A DNA stretch of 64,000 nucleotides from Actinomycetota bacterium (lineage in GTDB: Bacteria; Actinomycetota; Acidimicrobiia; Acidimicrobiales; VFJN01): assembly GCA_049325515.1 (NCBI GenBank), contig JBMOLI010000006.1, positions 29,328 to 93,327 on the forward strand, in the 5' to 3' direction. A program made the translations under genes and the position numbers. Positions 29,131-38,830 of the stretch are shown here, one piece after another. Every line of letters begins with the position of its first letter. Positions within the stretch are counted from its first letter, which is position 1. The notes under the pieces were generated by a model that worked only from the letters and a program-made list of their open reading frames with translations, did not search any database and was not told the origin of the DNA.

Positions 29131-29795
29131 ACGGCGAACCCTCTGTCGACCGCGGCGTCCACTTCGAGCGACTCGAGCTCGGGGCTGGCGCGTGGGTCGA
29201 CCTGGCTCGTGGGTGGATGGCACGAGCCGAGGAGCTGTACGAGCACCTGCTCACCGAGGTGCCTTGGCAGACGAGCCGGCTGTTCCGCTACGACCACGAG
29301 GTGGAGGAACGGCGGCTCGGCGCGTCGTGGCGATCGGGCACCCCACTGCCGCACCCTGCGCTGGCCGAGGCGACCCGTGTGCTCCAGCATCGGTATCGGG
29401 TCGAGTTCGCGGGCTTCGGAATGATCCAGTACCGCGACGGCGCCGACGGCCAGGCCTTCCACCGCGACACCGACATGCGCTGGCTCGACGACACGATCAT
29501 CGCCATCCTGAGCCTCGGGGCGCAGCGCCCCTGGCTGCTGCGGCCGAGAAGCGCGCGCCACACGGACGCGCCCGGCAAGGGAGCGACGCACGACCTCGCC
29601 CCGGCCGCGGGAGACCTGCTGGTGATGGGCGGCCGCTGCCAGGCCGACTGGGAGCACTCCGTCCCCTACCTGCGCGGTGGCACGCCCGTCGGCCCGCGCA
29701 TCTCGATCCAGTGGCGCTTCGCCCGCCGCACCGGCCGCCCCTTCCAAGGTGCCGGCTACCGCGCGCCGCTCTACTACAGCCGCGAGCGCCGCTAG
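29127..29795 (+). CDS. AlkB-family 2OG-Fe(II) dioxygenase
   Basis: YRDGADGQAFHRD, LSLGA, GDLLVMGG..Q..WEHSVP, RISIQWR; ATGA coupling. Confidence 0.9.
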   Translation: MNGEPSVDRGVHFERLELGAGAWVDLARGWMARAEELYEHLLTEVPWQTSRLFRYDHEVEERRLGASWRSGTPLPHPALAEATRVLQHRYRVEFAGFGMIQYRDGADGQAFHRDTDMRWLDDTIIAILSLGAQRPWLLRPRSARHTDAPGKGATHDLAPAAGDLLVMGGRCQADWEHSVPYLRGGTPVGPRISIQWRFARRTGRPFQGAGYRAPLYYSRERR

Positions 29796-29830
29796 CCCCA
29801 CGGCTCACGGGTCTCGGGCAGGCTGGGGCG

Positions 29831-30688
29831 ATGGACGACGTGAGCAGGTCGAAGTTCGCGGGCGGCGACCAGATGTACCTGCGAGATGAGCAGTATCGGG
29901 ACGGCAGCCGTCTGGAGCGAAGGACGAACCTGCACGTTCGATACGGCACGGCAACCATTCCGTGGTTCGAGTGGGTCGCGTCACGGATCGACCTGCGTGC
30001 GGGGCAGCGGGTGCTCGAGGTGGGCTGCGGGTCGGGCGCTCTATGGGACCAGCGCGCGGTTCCCATCCCCGAAGGCGTCGAGCTCAGCCTGTGCGATCTC
30101 TCACCGGGCATGGTGGCGGCTGCCACGGAGCGAGCGACGGCTCGCGCCGAGTTCGCCTCCGTCGTCGGCCGCGAAGCGGATCTGCAGTCGCTGCCGTTCG
30201 ATGACCACTGCTTCGACCGGGTGATCGCGAACCACATGCTGTACCACCTGCCCGACCCGTCGCTCGGAGTCGCAGAGCTGGCGCGGGTCGTTCGCCCCGG
30301 TGGAGCCGTGATCGTCGCCACCAACGGCTTCCAGCACATGCGCGAGCTGCATGAGCTCGAGTCAGAGGTGTTCGGCACGAACCTCGTCGACCCCACCATC
30401 GAGGCCTTCGGCACCGAGGTGGGCTTCGGCCTGCTCCGACAGCGCTTCGGAGATGTGCGGTGGGTGCAGTACGAGGACGAGCTCCGCTGCTCCGACCCGG
30501 CCGATGTTCTCGCCTACGTCTGCTCCAGCCCGCCGGGCGAAGACGCCACACCCGACGAGCGAGCGAGACTCGAGGCCGCCATAACGGAGCGCTTCGCTGT
30601 GGGAGGTGGCGTTATGACGATCACGAAGGATGTCGGGTGCTTCGTGTGCAGCTCGCCTCGCCGTGGAGCTGGTGCCGCGGGGCCATGA
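29831..30688 (+). CDS. Class I SAM-dependent methyltransferase
   Basis: VLEVGCGSG, DLSPGM, FDRVIANHMLYH. Confidence 0.9.
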   Translation: MDDVSRSKFAGGDQMYLRDEQYRDGSRLERRTNLHVRYGTATIPWFEWVASRIDLRAGQRVLEVGCGSGALWDQRAVPIPEGVELSLCDLSPGMVAAATERATARAEFASVVGREADLQSLPFDDHCFDRVIANHMLYHLPDPSLGVAELARVVRPGGAVIVATNGFQHMRELHELESEVFGTNLVDPTIEAFGTEVGFGLLRQRFGDVRWVQYEDELRCSDPADVLAYVCSSPPGEDATPDERARLEAAITERFAVGGGVMTITKDVGCFVCSSPRRGAGAAGP

Positions 30689-30740
30689 CCCTCTTTCGTG
30701 GGTGGCGCGGCAAGTCAGATGTGCGGCTCCCCTCGGGGGG

Positions 30741-31889
30741 CTAGAGGCGTTCGATGATGGTGACGTTGGCCTGGCCGCCGCCCTCGCACATGGTCTGAAG
30801 GCCGTAGCGGCCGCCGGTGCGCTCCAGCTCGTGCAGCAGGGTCGTCATGAGTCGTGCTCCCGTGGCGCCGAGCGGGTGGCCGAGGGCGATGGCGCCGCCG
30901 TTCACGTTCACCTTGGCGAGGTCGACGTCGAGCTCCTTCTGCCAAGCGAGCACAACGGAGGCGAACGCCTCGTTGATCTCCACCAGGTCGATGTCGTCCA
31001 TCGTCATGCCTGTCTTCTCGAAGGCGTAGCGCGTGGCCGGGATCGGAGCGGTGAGCATGTATATCGGGTCGTCGGCCCGCACGCTCATGTGGTGGATGCG
31101 TGCGCGCGGCGTGAGGCCGTGGTCGCGGAGCGCTTGCTCGCTGACGACGAGCAGCGCTGACGACGCGTCGGAGATCTGCGACGCCACGGCTGCGGTCACC
31201 CGGCCGCCCTCGACCAGGGTGGGCAGCGATCGGATCTTCTCCCAGTTCGGCTCGCGTGGGCCCTCGTCGACGGCAGCGTCGCCGAGAGGCACGATCTCGT
31301 GCTCGAAGCGCCCTTCGGCGCGCGCCCGCAGCGCGCGCTCGTGGCTCTCGACGGCGAACTCCTCCATCTGCTCGCGGCTGATGTCCCACTTGGTGGCGAT
31401 CATCTCGGCGCTGTTGAACTGGCTCACCTCGCCGGCGCCGTAGCGCTTCACCCAACCCTCGGAGCCGGTGAACGGGTCGGTGAAGCCGAGCGGCTCGGCC
31501 AGCGTCATGGCGGAGCTGATGGGGATCATCGACATCTGCTGCACACCGCCGGTCACCACGACGTCGTTGACGCCGGCCATCACGGCTTGAGCCGCGAAGT
31601 GGATGGCCTGCTGCGCCGAGCCGCACTGCCGGTCGACCGTGGTACCGGGCACGTGCTCAGGGAGGCCCGCCGCCAGCCAGCAGGTGCGGGCGATGTCGCC
31701 CGCCTGCCCGCCAACCGTGTCGACGCAGCCGAAGATCACGTCGTCGACGGCGGCCGGGTCGATGCCGGTGCGGTCGATGAGAGCACTGATCGAGTGGGCG
31801 CCCAGGTCGGCCGGGTGGACCTGGCTCAGACCTCCGCCGCGGCGCCCGACCGGCGTGCGCACTGCGTCGACGATGAATGCCTCAGGCAT
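30741..31889 (-). CDS. fadA6: Thiolase, FadA6-like (HIP catabolism)
   Basis: DRQCGSAQQA, IPISSAM, SQFNSAEMIA.KW, CEGGGQAN; resembles Rv3556c; cluster context. Confidence 0.85.
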   Translation of the reverse strand: MPEAFIVDAVRTPVGRRGGGLSQVHPADLGAHSISALIDRTGIDPAAVDDVIFGCVDTVGGQAGDIARTCWLAAGLPEHVPGTTVDRQCGSAQQAIHFAAQAVMAGVNDVVVTGGVQQMSMIPISSAMTLAEPLGFTDPFTGSEGWVKRYGAGEVSQFNSAEMIATKWDISREQMEEFAVESHERALRARAEGRFEHEIVPLGDAAVDEGPREPNWEKIRSLPTLVEGGRVTAAVASQISDASSALLVVSEQALRDHGLTPRARIHHMSVRADDPIYMLTAPIPATRYAFEKTGMTMDDIDLVEINEAFASVVLAWQKELDVDLAKVNVNGGAIALGHPLGATGARLMTTLLHELERTGGRYGLQTMCEGGGQANVTIIERL

Positions 31890-31898
31890 GGCTGTCTC

Positions 31899-32978
31899 CT
31901 AGGTCGAGAGCGCTGACGCGACTCTGCGTGTGTGGTGGGCGGTGTCGCCCCACGAGCGGCTGAGCGCCCACGTGCGCTTCATGTAGAGGTGCAGGTCGGC
32001 CTCGACGGTGTAGCCGATGGCGCCGTGGCACTGCAGGGCCTTGCGCCCGGCCAGCTCGGCCGCGTCATTCGCCAGGGCCTTGGCCATCGAGACGTCGCGT
32101 GCTCTGGTCGAGGTGTCGTGCGCCACCGACCAGGCCGCCCTCCACACGGCCGGGCGCGCGAACTCGAGCGCCAGGGCGACGTCCGCGAGGTGGTGCTTGA
32201 CGGCCTGGAAAGAGCCGACGGGCACGCCGAACTGGTGGCGTTCCCGCACGTAGCCGACGGTGAGGTCGAGCATCGCCTGGCCCAGCCCGACAAGAATCGC
32301 GGCGGTGCCGAGGGCACCCCGGTCGATGGCGAGGTCGACGATGTGAGGGTCGTCGGCGACGATTTGCATGTCGGTCCCGGCGGTGGCCTCGTCGTCGCGG
32401 CCGGCCTTGTCGGCCGCGGCCCCGGCGGTGACCTTGTCGTCGGCCCCGTGAACTTGCGACATGTCGCCATCCGTCGCATGTCGCTGTGTCGCCGGCTCCG
32501 TCGAGTGGACACGCCCGGCGCGTCGGGCCCGGTCGACGGTGTCGACGGCGGTCAGCTCAGCATCAGATGGTGCGACGCAGACGATCGCGTCGCCGTGACG
32601 CAGCAGCAGAGTGTCGGCGTCGGCCGCGCACGGGACGTGTGGCCCGCCGAGGTCGGTGCTGACCATCCCCTTCCTGACGCCTATGAGCGGCGCAGCGACC
32701 ATCGCGGTCTCGACGATCGGATGCGGCAGCGCCACCCGTCCGCACTCCTCGAGGATCGGCACGAGGTAGGTCTCGTCGAGGCCCATGCCGCCATCAGATT
32801 CGGCCACCAGCAGGCCCAGCACGCCCATCGCGTCGAGGCTGTCCCACACGCCGCGGTCGAGCTCGCCAACTGGTGCGGCCCAGGCTGCTCTCACCGCGGC
32901 CGGCGGGCACTCCTTCGCGAGGAGCTCGCGCACGGCATCGCGGAAGGCGACCTGGTCGTCGGTGCGCGCGAACCTCAT
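31899..32978 (-). CDS. fadE32: Acyl-CoA dehydrogenase subunit, FadE32-like
   Basis: QFGVPVGSFQAVKH, ALQCHGAIGYTVEADL; ATGA-coupled to fadE31-like gene; internal insertion of about 45 aa. Confidence 0.75.
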   Translation of the reverse strand: MRFARTDDQVAFRDAVRELLAKECPPAAVRAAWAAPVGELDRGVWDSLDAMGVLGLLVAESDGGMGLDETYLVPILEECGRVALPHPIVETAMVAAPLIGVRKGMVSTDLGGPHVPCAADADTLLLRHGDAIVCVAPSDAELTAVDTVDRARRAGRVHSTEPATQRHATDGDMSQVHGADDKVTAGAAADKAGRDDEATAGTDMQIVADDPHIVDLAIDRGALGTAAILVGLGQAMLDLTVGYVRERHQFGVPVGSFQAVKHHLADVALALEFARPAVWRAAWSVAHDTSTRARDVSMAKALANDAAELAGRKALQCHGAIGYTVEADLHLYMKRTWALSRSWGDTAHHTRRVASALST

Positions 32979-34129
32979 CGCGGAAGCCCCAGGAGTCGCT
33001 CGGCTGCGATGTTGCGCTGGATCTCGTTGGTGCCGGCGTAGATCGGGCCGGAGAGCGCGAACTGCCAGCCCTTGCTCCATGGTCCGTCGAGCTCCGCCGC
33101 AGGTCCGAGCAGGTCGAGGGCGATCTGGTGCAGCTCGATGTCGAGCTCGGACCACCACAGCTTGGTGAGGCTCGCCTCGGCACCGAGCTTGGCGCCGCTC
33201 GCCAGCTTCGTGACGGTGGCCAGCGTCTGCAGCTGGTATGCCTCGGCTCGCATCCACGCTCGGGCAGCGCGCAGGCGCAGCGCCTCGTCGGCACGCTCGT
33301 CGCAGAGAGCGAGCAGGCGCTCGGCCGTTGCGAGGAAGCGCCCCGGCGAGCGCAGCGTGAGACCGCGCTCGGAGCCGGCCGTCGCCATGGCGACGGCCCA
33401 GCCACTGCCTGGCTCGCCGAGCACCACTCCGCCGTCGACGGCGTCGTCGGCCAGGAGCGCGTCGTCGAAGAAGACCTCGGCGAAGCCCTCGTCGCCGTCG
33501 AGCCGGCCAAACCCGCGCACGGTCACGCCCGGCGTGTCGAGCGGCACGAGGAGATAGGTGAGGCCCTTGTGGCGAACGCTGTCGGGGTCGGAGCGGAACA
33601 GGCCGAACAGGTGGGTGCAGAACGCGCCGCGAGTGGTCCAGGTCTTCTGGCCGTCGAGCACCCAGCCGCCGTCGACGCGGCGCGCCCGGCTCGTGACGCC
33701 GGCCAGATCGCTTCCGGCGTTGGGTTCCGACCAGCCCTGGCACCACAGGTCGTCGGCCGCCGCCATGCGACGCAGGATGCCGGTCTGCTGGGCCGGCGTG
33801 CCGAACTCGAAGACGCTCGGCGCCAGGAGGAAGATCCCGTTCTGTGTGACCCGCGGGGGACAACCTGCGCGGTAGTACTCCTCCTCGAACAGCAGCCACT
33901 CCCAGAGGGAGGCACCACGCCCGCCGTGCTCCTCAGGCCAGGACACGGCTGCCCAGCCGTCCGCGAAGAGCCGCCGCTCCCACAGCAGGTGCTGCGCGAA
34001 GCCGTCACGCGTGTCGCCAGAGGCGGGGTCGCCCCCGCATTCGTCGCGCCACTCGGACAGGTTCGCTTCGAGCCAGGCGCGTGCCTCCGCCCGGAAGGCC
34101 TCCTCGGCCGCCGACCAGGTCAGGTCCAC
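32975..34129 (-). CDS. fadE31: Acyl-CoA dehydrogenase, FadE31-like
   Basis: WSEPNAGSDLA, ERGLTLRSPGRFLA, GPIYAGTNEIQRN; resembles Rv3562. Confidence 0.85.
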   Translation of the reverse strand: MDLTWSAAEEAFRAEARAWLEANLSEWRDECGGDPASGDTRDGFAQHLLWERRLFADGWAAVSWPEEHGGRGASLWEWLLFEEEYYRAGCPPRVTQNGIFLLAPSVFEFGTPAQQTGILRRMAAADDLWCQGWSEPNAGSDLAGVTSRARRVDGGWVLDGQKTWTTRGAFCTHLFGLFRSDPDSVRHKGLTYLLVPLDTPGVTVRGFGRLDGDEGFAEVFFDDALLADDAVDGGVVLGEPGSGWAVAMATAGSERGLTLRSPGRFLATAERLLALCDERADEALRLRAARAWMRAEAYQLQTLATVTKLASGAKLGAEASLTKLWWSELDIELHQIALDLLGPAAELDGPWSKGWQFALSGPIYAGTNEIQRNIAAERLLGLPR

Positions 34130-34137
34130 GAGATCAC

Positions 34138-34192
34138 CAACCAGCGTCTGTGAACCCCTACGTCCGCATGGCGGCCGTGGCGGTTCACAGAC
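34138..34192. repeat. Family A palindromic element copy 5; contains the ipdC stop codon
   Basis: CAACCAGCGTCTGTGAAC-N27-GTTCACAGAC. Confidence 0.92.
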
Positions 34193-35258
34193 CGAGGCCC
34201 TTCAGAGCAGCAGCGGCTTCGCTCTCGATGCGAGAAAGGAGGTCGGCCACCGTCGGCAGGTCGTCGACCACTCCCGTCACCTGACCGGTGGGCAGGATCC
34301 CGACCTCGGGCTTGCCGTCGACCATCGTCGCCTTGATGAGCATCGGAGCGTTGGCGGCGAGGGCGACCTGGCTCCAAGTGAGATCTTGGTTGCGCTTCAT
34401 GGCGAGGCCCTCACGCAGCAGATCGGCGAGCGACGTGCCGGTCTCCCTGCGGAAGCGCAGCGCAGCGGCGGCCGCGCGGGGGAAGCGAAGGAGCTTCGGT
34501 GAGCGCTCGATGCGCTCGACGACATCAGTGCGGATGACGCGCTGAGGCGCGCCGTCGATCGCGGTGGTGACGACCGTGTCGAAGACGGTCGCCGCCGTGT
34601 AGCGATCCTTCACTCGGTCGGGCACCCGGCTCTCGGCCGTGAGGAGGAAGCGGGTGCCCATCGCGATGCCGTCGGCCCCATAGGCGAGAGCAGCGACGAG
34701 ACCTCGGCCGTCGTGGAAGCCGCCGGCGCCCAGCACCGGGATCGTGGCGCCCACGGCGTCCACGACCTGTGGCAGCAGCAGAGAGGTGGGCACCGAGCCG
34801 GTGTGGCCACCGCCCTCCGCTCCCTGCGCGATCACGGCGTCGACGCCCATGTCGAGCACCTTCTCGGCGTGCCTGCGCGCCCCCACGGTCGGCATCACCA
34901 CCACCCCAGCGTCGTGGCAGCGGGCCACCGCGGCTGCGGTGGGCGCCCCCGCGAAGGACACGAGTCGCACGCCTTCCGATACGACGAATGCCACGAGCTC
35001 GTCGAGGCCTGGTTGATCCGCACGGAAGTTGACGCCAAAGGGCGCATCGGTGCGTTCGCGCACCGACCGGACTGCGCCCCGCAGCTGCTCGGGTGTCATG
35101 GTCACAGCGGCGAGGATCCCGAAGCCGCCGGCAGCGCTCGTCGCCGCCGTCAGGCTGGCGCCCGACACCCATCCCATCCCGGTCTGCACGATGGGCAGCC
35201 GGCACCCCACCAGATCGCAGAACCTCGTCTGGAGCACGGGGTGGACAGAACCTGACAC
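34185..35258 (-). CDS. ipdC: Nitronate-monooxygenase-family enoyl-CoA reductase, IpdC-like
   Basis: PIVQTGMGWV, GAEGGGHTG, MGTRFLLT, TWSQV...ANAPML; resembles Rv3553. Confidence 0.85.
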   Translation of the reverse strand: MSGSVHPVLQTRFCDLVGCRLPIVQTGMGWVSGASLTAATSAAGGFGILAAVTMTPEQLRGAVRSVRERTDAPFGVNFRADQPGLDELVAFVVSEGVRLVSFAGAPTAAAVARCHDAGVVVMPTVGARRHAEKVLDMGVDAVIAQGAEGGGHTGSVPTSLLLPQVVDAVGATIPVLGAGGFHDGRGLVAALAYGADGIAMGTRFLLTAESRVPDRVKDRYTAATVFDTVVTTAIDGAPQRVIRTDVVERIERSPKLLRFPRAAAAALRFRRETGTSLADLLREGLAMKRNQDLTWSQVALAANAPMLIKATMVDGKPEVGILPTGQVTGVVDDLPTVADLLSRIESEAAAALKGLGL

Positions 35259-35267
35259 TCCGTCAGA
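35251..35267. promoter_or_regulatory. Operator candidate CCTGACACTCCGTCAGA overlapping the ipdC start
   Basis: CTGAC-N5-GTCAG. Confidence 0.7.
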
Positions 35268-35298
35268 TTAGTGACGGGCTTCTGAGACCGGCGAAAGC

Positions 35299-36315
35299 TC
35301 AGTCGAGGCTGCCGCAGGCGGCGGTTGCCGCGGCGGCACCGCTACCGGCGTTGTTGAGCACGCAGACCAGCCAGCTGCGCACGACGGGTATGTCGACTCT
35401 CTGGTAGCCGCCTAGGTAACGACAGTTGCTGGTGTACCCGTAGCTCGTGTCGCCGACGATGTAGCCGCCGTGGAAGGCGGGACCGCCCGAGTCGCCGAAG
35501 CAGGTGCCGCCTCCACCAAACGGGTCCCGTTCGTTGCCGTTCATCTGCAGGATCTGCGATGTGAGCTTCTGTGGCTTCTCGTCGGTGAGCTGCCGCCGGA
35601 TCGGGAAGCTCATCGGGGTCGGGGCCTGTGGACCGGTGTCTGCCTGGCGCACCTCGGTGCCGTACCCGACGGTGCGGATCAGCTCCTTCACGAGAGCCTT
35701 CTGGGGGATCCCGTCGAGGTACCCCTCCGGCGGGAGAGCTGCAGTCGCCACACCCGTGATCGCCTCGTCGAGGATGACCACGCCCGTGTCGTTCCAGTTC
35801 TTGATGTCCGTGAAGTCGCTGTAGTCAGGGTGGGTGAGTGCCGTCCCGGTGACCCACACGGGGCTGCCGTCGGCCGTCCCGTCGGCGAAGCCGGTGTTGT
35901 CATAGGGGTAGTGGGGCAGCGGGTTTCCGTCCGCATCGAGCTCGACGATCCACAGGCCGTCGTCGAAGCCCGAGCCCTCCTCGCCGAAGCCGAGGTCGTC
36001 CAGTGCTCGCGGGATCACCCGGCGGCCGGCGGCGGCATCGGGCGCGACCTCCGTGTCGAAGGAGACGGCGACCTTGCCGACGTCGCCGAAGGTGCAGTGC
36101 GCCGCTGTGACCACGACTCGGGGGTGGACGAGCGTGCCGGAGCACCGGAAGCGTCCGTCTGGCTGGTAGAAGACCACGATCCCGACGTTCGGGTGCGTCG
36201 GATCGACGGGGTCGTCGTCGGCGCCACCGGTGATGGCTCCGGCCACCGTTGTGGCAGCGATGAGAGCACCGGCCGCGACCACGATGGCTGCGGTGGTACG
36301 CCGAATGGTGCGCAT
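35299..36315 (-). CDS. Secreted trypsin-like (S1) serine protease
   Basis: Signal peptide then ITGG; CSGTLV..VVTAAHC, NDTGVVIL and TCFGDSGGP; triad intact. Confidence 0.9.
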   Translation of the reverse strand: MRTIRRTTAAIVVAAGALIAATTVAGAITGGADDDPVDPTHPNVGIVVFYQPDGRFRCSGTLVHPRVVVTAAHCTFGDVGKVAVSFDTEVAPDAAAGRRVIPRALDDLGFGEEGSGFDDGLWIVELDADGNPLPHYPYDNTGFADGTADGSPVWVTGTALTHPDYSDFTDIKNWNDTGVVILDEAITGVATAALPPEGYLDGIPQKALVKELIRTVGYGTEVRQADTGPQAPTPMSFPIRRQLTDEKPQKLTSQILQMNGNERDPFGGGGTCFGDSGGPAFHGGYIVGDTSYGYTSNCRYLGGYQRVDIPVVRSWLVCVLNNAGSGAAAATAACGSLD

Positions 36316-36392
36316 GTGACGATCCTCCGAGAGGTCGCGTGCGACGGCCCCGCCCTGGTTCCGTCCTCCGCGACGGTAGCGCGGACTTGGGA

Positions 36393-37169
36393 TCAGGGGT
36401 TCGGCACCTCGGAGTGACGCAGGCCGGTCGGGTCTATCACGGTGGCGATCAGCTCGATCTCCTCCGGGGTCGGCAGCCTCGACGTCGGAACGTCCTCCTC
36501 CACCACGAGCTCGAAGCCCGTTGCCGCGCGCACCTCGTCGACGGTCACACCCGGGTGCACCGAGCGCAGCCGCATCGAGTGGTCGGGGGTCTCGAAGTCG
36601 AGGACGCAGAGGTTGGTGACGACGCGGCGGATCTCGTGGAAGCGCGCAGCCCGCGGCCCTAGCGCGGCGGCACGGTCGTACCCGATGCCGCAGACCGTGT
36701 CGACCGCATCGCACACGACCGCAGGCGAGTGGTTGGGCACCCAGTACGAGGTGACGTCGTTGATGGTGTTCCCAGGGGCTCCCCTGTAGCCGAGCAGCTG
36801 CACCTTGGGCTGCTGGTACTGGCCGATGGCGGCGATGTTCTGGTTGCCGAACCGGTCGACCTGTGTGGCACCCATCATCACGTGGCGGCGCCCGTTCCAC
36901 ACCCAGTTGAACATCTGGCGGTACGGATTGAAGTGCTCGACGACGGCGCCGGAGGGCCATGCGAACGCCTCGTCGTTGGCGATGAGGCGTGCCTCGCCGT
37001 CGGTCATCGCCAGGTCGGGCTCGAACGTGGCGCGGGCCAGCCGGCCACCGATCATGGGGACGGTGCCGATCGGGTTGGCGAGGATCTCGCCGTCGCCGCG
37101 GAAGCACTCGGCCACGGCGACCACGCACACGTCAGCGCGGTCGACGAGGCCGTCGAGCTGTGCTGTCAC
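36393..37169 (-). CDS. ipdB: Ring-cleaving hydrolase beta subunit (CoA-transferase fold), IpdB
   Basis: TDGEA, GRRHVMMGATQVDRFGNQNI, RGAPGNTIN; GTGA-coupled to ipdA. Confidence 0.88.
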   Translation of the reverse strand: MTAQLDGLVDRADVCVVAVAECFRGDGEILANPIGTVPMIGGRLARATFEPDLAMTDGEARLIANDEAFAWPSGAVVEHFNPYRQMFNWVWNGRRHVMMGATQVDRFGNQNIAAIGQYQQPKVQLLGYRGAPGNTINDVTSYWVPNHSPAVVCDAVDTVCGIGYDRAAALGPRAARFHEIRRVVTNLCVLDFETPDHSMRLRSVHPGVTVDEVRAATGFELVVEEDVPTSRLPTPEEIELIATVIDPTGLRHSEVPNP

Positions 37170-38035
37170 CTGGCACCTCCGTCGGCGCGGAGCTTTGCCT
37201 GGTAGTCGGCCTCGCTCAGCTGGAGCCAGGCCTCCCGGAACTCGGCCCACGCCTCGGGTGACTTGGCGGACGCCGCGTACGCCTTCTGGAAGGCCTCATC
37301 GCGGTCGTAGTCGGGCACGCAGGACGTGAAGTGCGCGCCGTTGGGCGCCTCGATCACGCCGTCGACCAGCAGCCGGCTGATGAGCAGCGACTGCGGTGGC
37401 CCCTCCTTGGCGAGGTCCTCGGTGGCCACGACCTTCTCCGTGGAGAGGAAGCGCTTCGAGGCGGCGCCGAGGAACAGGTCGTCGAAGTACGGGTCAGGGC
37501 CGAGGTACTGACCGTTGCCGCGTGCGTCCGCGCGGTTCATGTGCACGAATGCTGCGTCCATCGTCAGCGCCGGCGCGGCTACGAGCTCCTCGCCATCGTC
37601 ATAGGGAGAGGTGATGGTGCGCAGCCGTGGGTTGTCACGAAGGAGGTCAGAACCGAGCCCCACGCGCGTTGGCAGGAAGGGGACGCGCCATGCGGCGGCC
37701 TGAAGCCCGAGGAGGAACATGCCCTCGTCGTAGGGCTCGTCCTCGATGCGACCACCCTGGCGGGCGGCGCGGAAGTGTGGCTCGAGTGGGATCGAGTCGA
37801 GCGACACGAAGGCGTAGACCAGGCGCTTCACCTTCCCCGCTGCGCAGAGCAGACCCACGTCAGGCCCGCCCCAGCTCACCACCGTGAGGTCGGTGAGATC
37901 CGACCGGAGGATGGCGCGCACGACGGACATCGGCTTGCGCCGTGAGCCCCATCCGCCGAATCCGATGGTCATGCCGGACGACAGCTCCGCCACGGCGTCG
38001 TCCTCACTGCAGCGCTTGTCGCGAGGTGCGGTCAT
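37166..38035 (-). CDS. ipdA: Ring-cleaving hydrolase alpha subunit, IpdA
   Basis: GGWGSRRKPM, FVSLDS, DEGM, GPDPYFDDLF. Confidence 0.9.
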   Translation of the reverse strand: MTAPRDKRCSEDDAVAELSSGMTIGFGGWGSRRKPMSVVRAILRSDLTDLTVVSWGGPDVGLLCAAGKVKRLVYAFVSLDSIPLEPHFRAARQGGRIEDEPYDEGMFLLGLQAAAWRVPFLPTRVGLGSDLLRDNPRLRTITSPYDDGEELVAAPALTMDAAFVHMNRADARGNGQYLGPDPYFDDLFLGAASKRFLSTEKVVATEDLAKEGPPQSLLISRLLVDGVIEAPNGAHFTSCVPDYDRDEAFQKAYAASAKSPEAWAEFREAWLQLSEADYQAKLRADGGAR

Positions 38036-38048
38036 CGTGAGAGGCGCG

Positions 38049-38810
38049 TCATCGTGTGGTGTCGGTGTCGCGCTTTGCGACGAACGCGTCGCGGTGCTCG
38101 TCGGCCACGCCTGACAGGTTGAGCTCGAAGGTGAAGCCCTGCTCGAACCGGTACGAGCGCTTGACGTCCCACAGGTCGATGCCGTTGAGGCTCTCCTTGG
38201 CGGCGCGGATCACGGTCGGTGACTTGGCGGCGATCTGGCCGGCCACCTCCATGGCCGCTGCACGCAGCTCCTGCAGCGGCACCACGCGGAGGACGGAGCC
38301 GAAGTGGTGCAGCTCCTGCGCTGTCGCGGTCGCCGACGTGTACACCATGGCGCGCATCTTGTGCTGGGGGACGAGTCGCGACAGGTGGGTGGCCGCGCCG
38401 AGCGCACCACGGTCGACCTCGGGCAAGCCGAACGTGGCGTCGTCGGCCGCGACGATGATGTCGGCGTTGCCGACCAGGCCGACGCCACCTCCCAAGCAGA
38501 AGCCGTTGACGGCCGCGATCACCGGCACCGGGCACTCGTAGACGGCAGCGAAGGCGGCGAAGCACCCGCGGTTGGCGCCGATCAGCGCCTCGAAGCCCTC
38601 GGTCGCCTGCATCTCCTTGATGTCGACGCCAGCGTTGAAGCCACGGCCCTCCGCGCGCAGGACGACGACGCGCACGTTCGAGTCGCTGCCCAGCGAGCTG
38701 AGCAGCTCCGCCAGGTCGAACCAGCCGGCAACCGTGAGCGCGTTGACCGGGGGGTTGTCCATGACGACCTCGGCGACGCCGTCGTCGTGGATGATGTGGC
38801 TGGTCCCCAT
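38049..38810 (-). CDS. echA20: Enoyl-CoA hydratase, EchA20-like
   Basis: FNAGVDIKEMQ, LPEVDRGALGAATHLSRLVP, SYRFEQGFTFELN. Confidence 0.9.
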   Translation of the reverse strand: MGTSHIIHDDGVAEVVMDNPPVNALTVAGWFDLAELLSSLGSDSNVRVVVLRAEGRGFNAGVDIKEMQATEGFEALIGANRGCFAAFAAVYECPVPVIAAVNGFCLGGGVGLVGNADIIVAADDATFGLPEVDRGALGAATHLSRLVPQHKMRAMVYTSATATAQELHHFGSVLRVVPLQELRAAAMEVAGQIAAKSPTVIRAAKESLNGIDLWDVKRSYRFEQGFTFELNLSGVADEHRDAFVAKRDTDTTR

Positions 38811-38830
38811 GGGCGACGCCTCGCGTTAGG

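Noticed and set aside
31899-33899. 666-aa ORF suggesting a fused or frameshifted acyl-CoA dehydrogenase; likewise the 609-aa ORF 35299-37128 and 562-aa ORF 44802-46490
   Set aside because: The upstream parts are off-frame overlaps of the preceding genes; real starts are at ATGA overlaps or signal peptides (32978, 36315, 45291).
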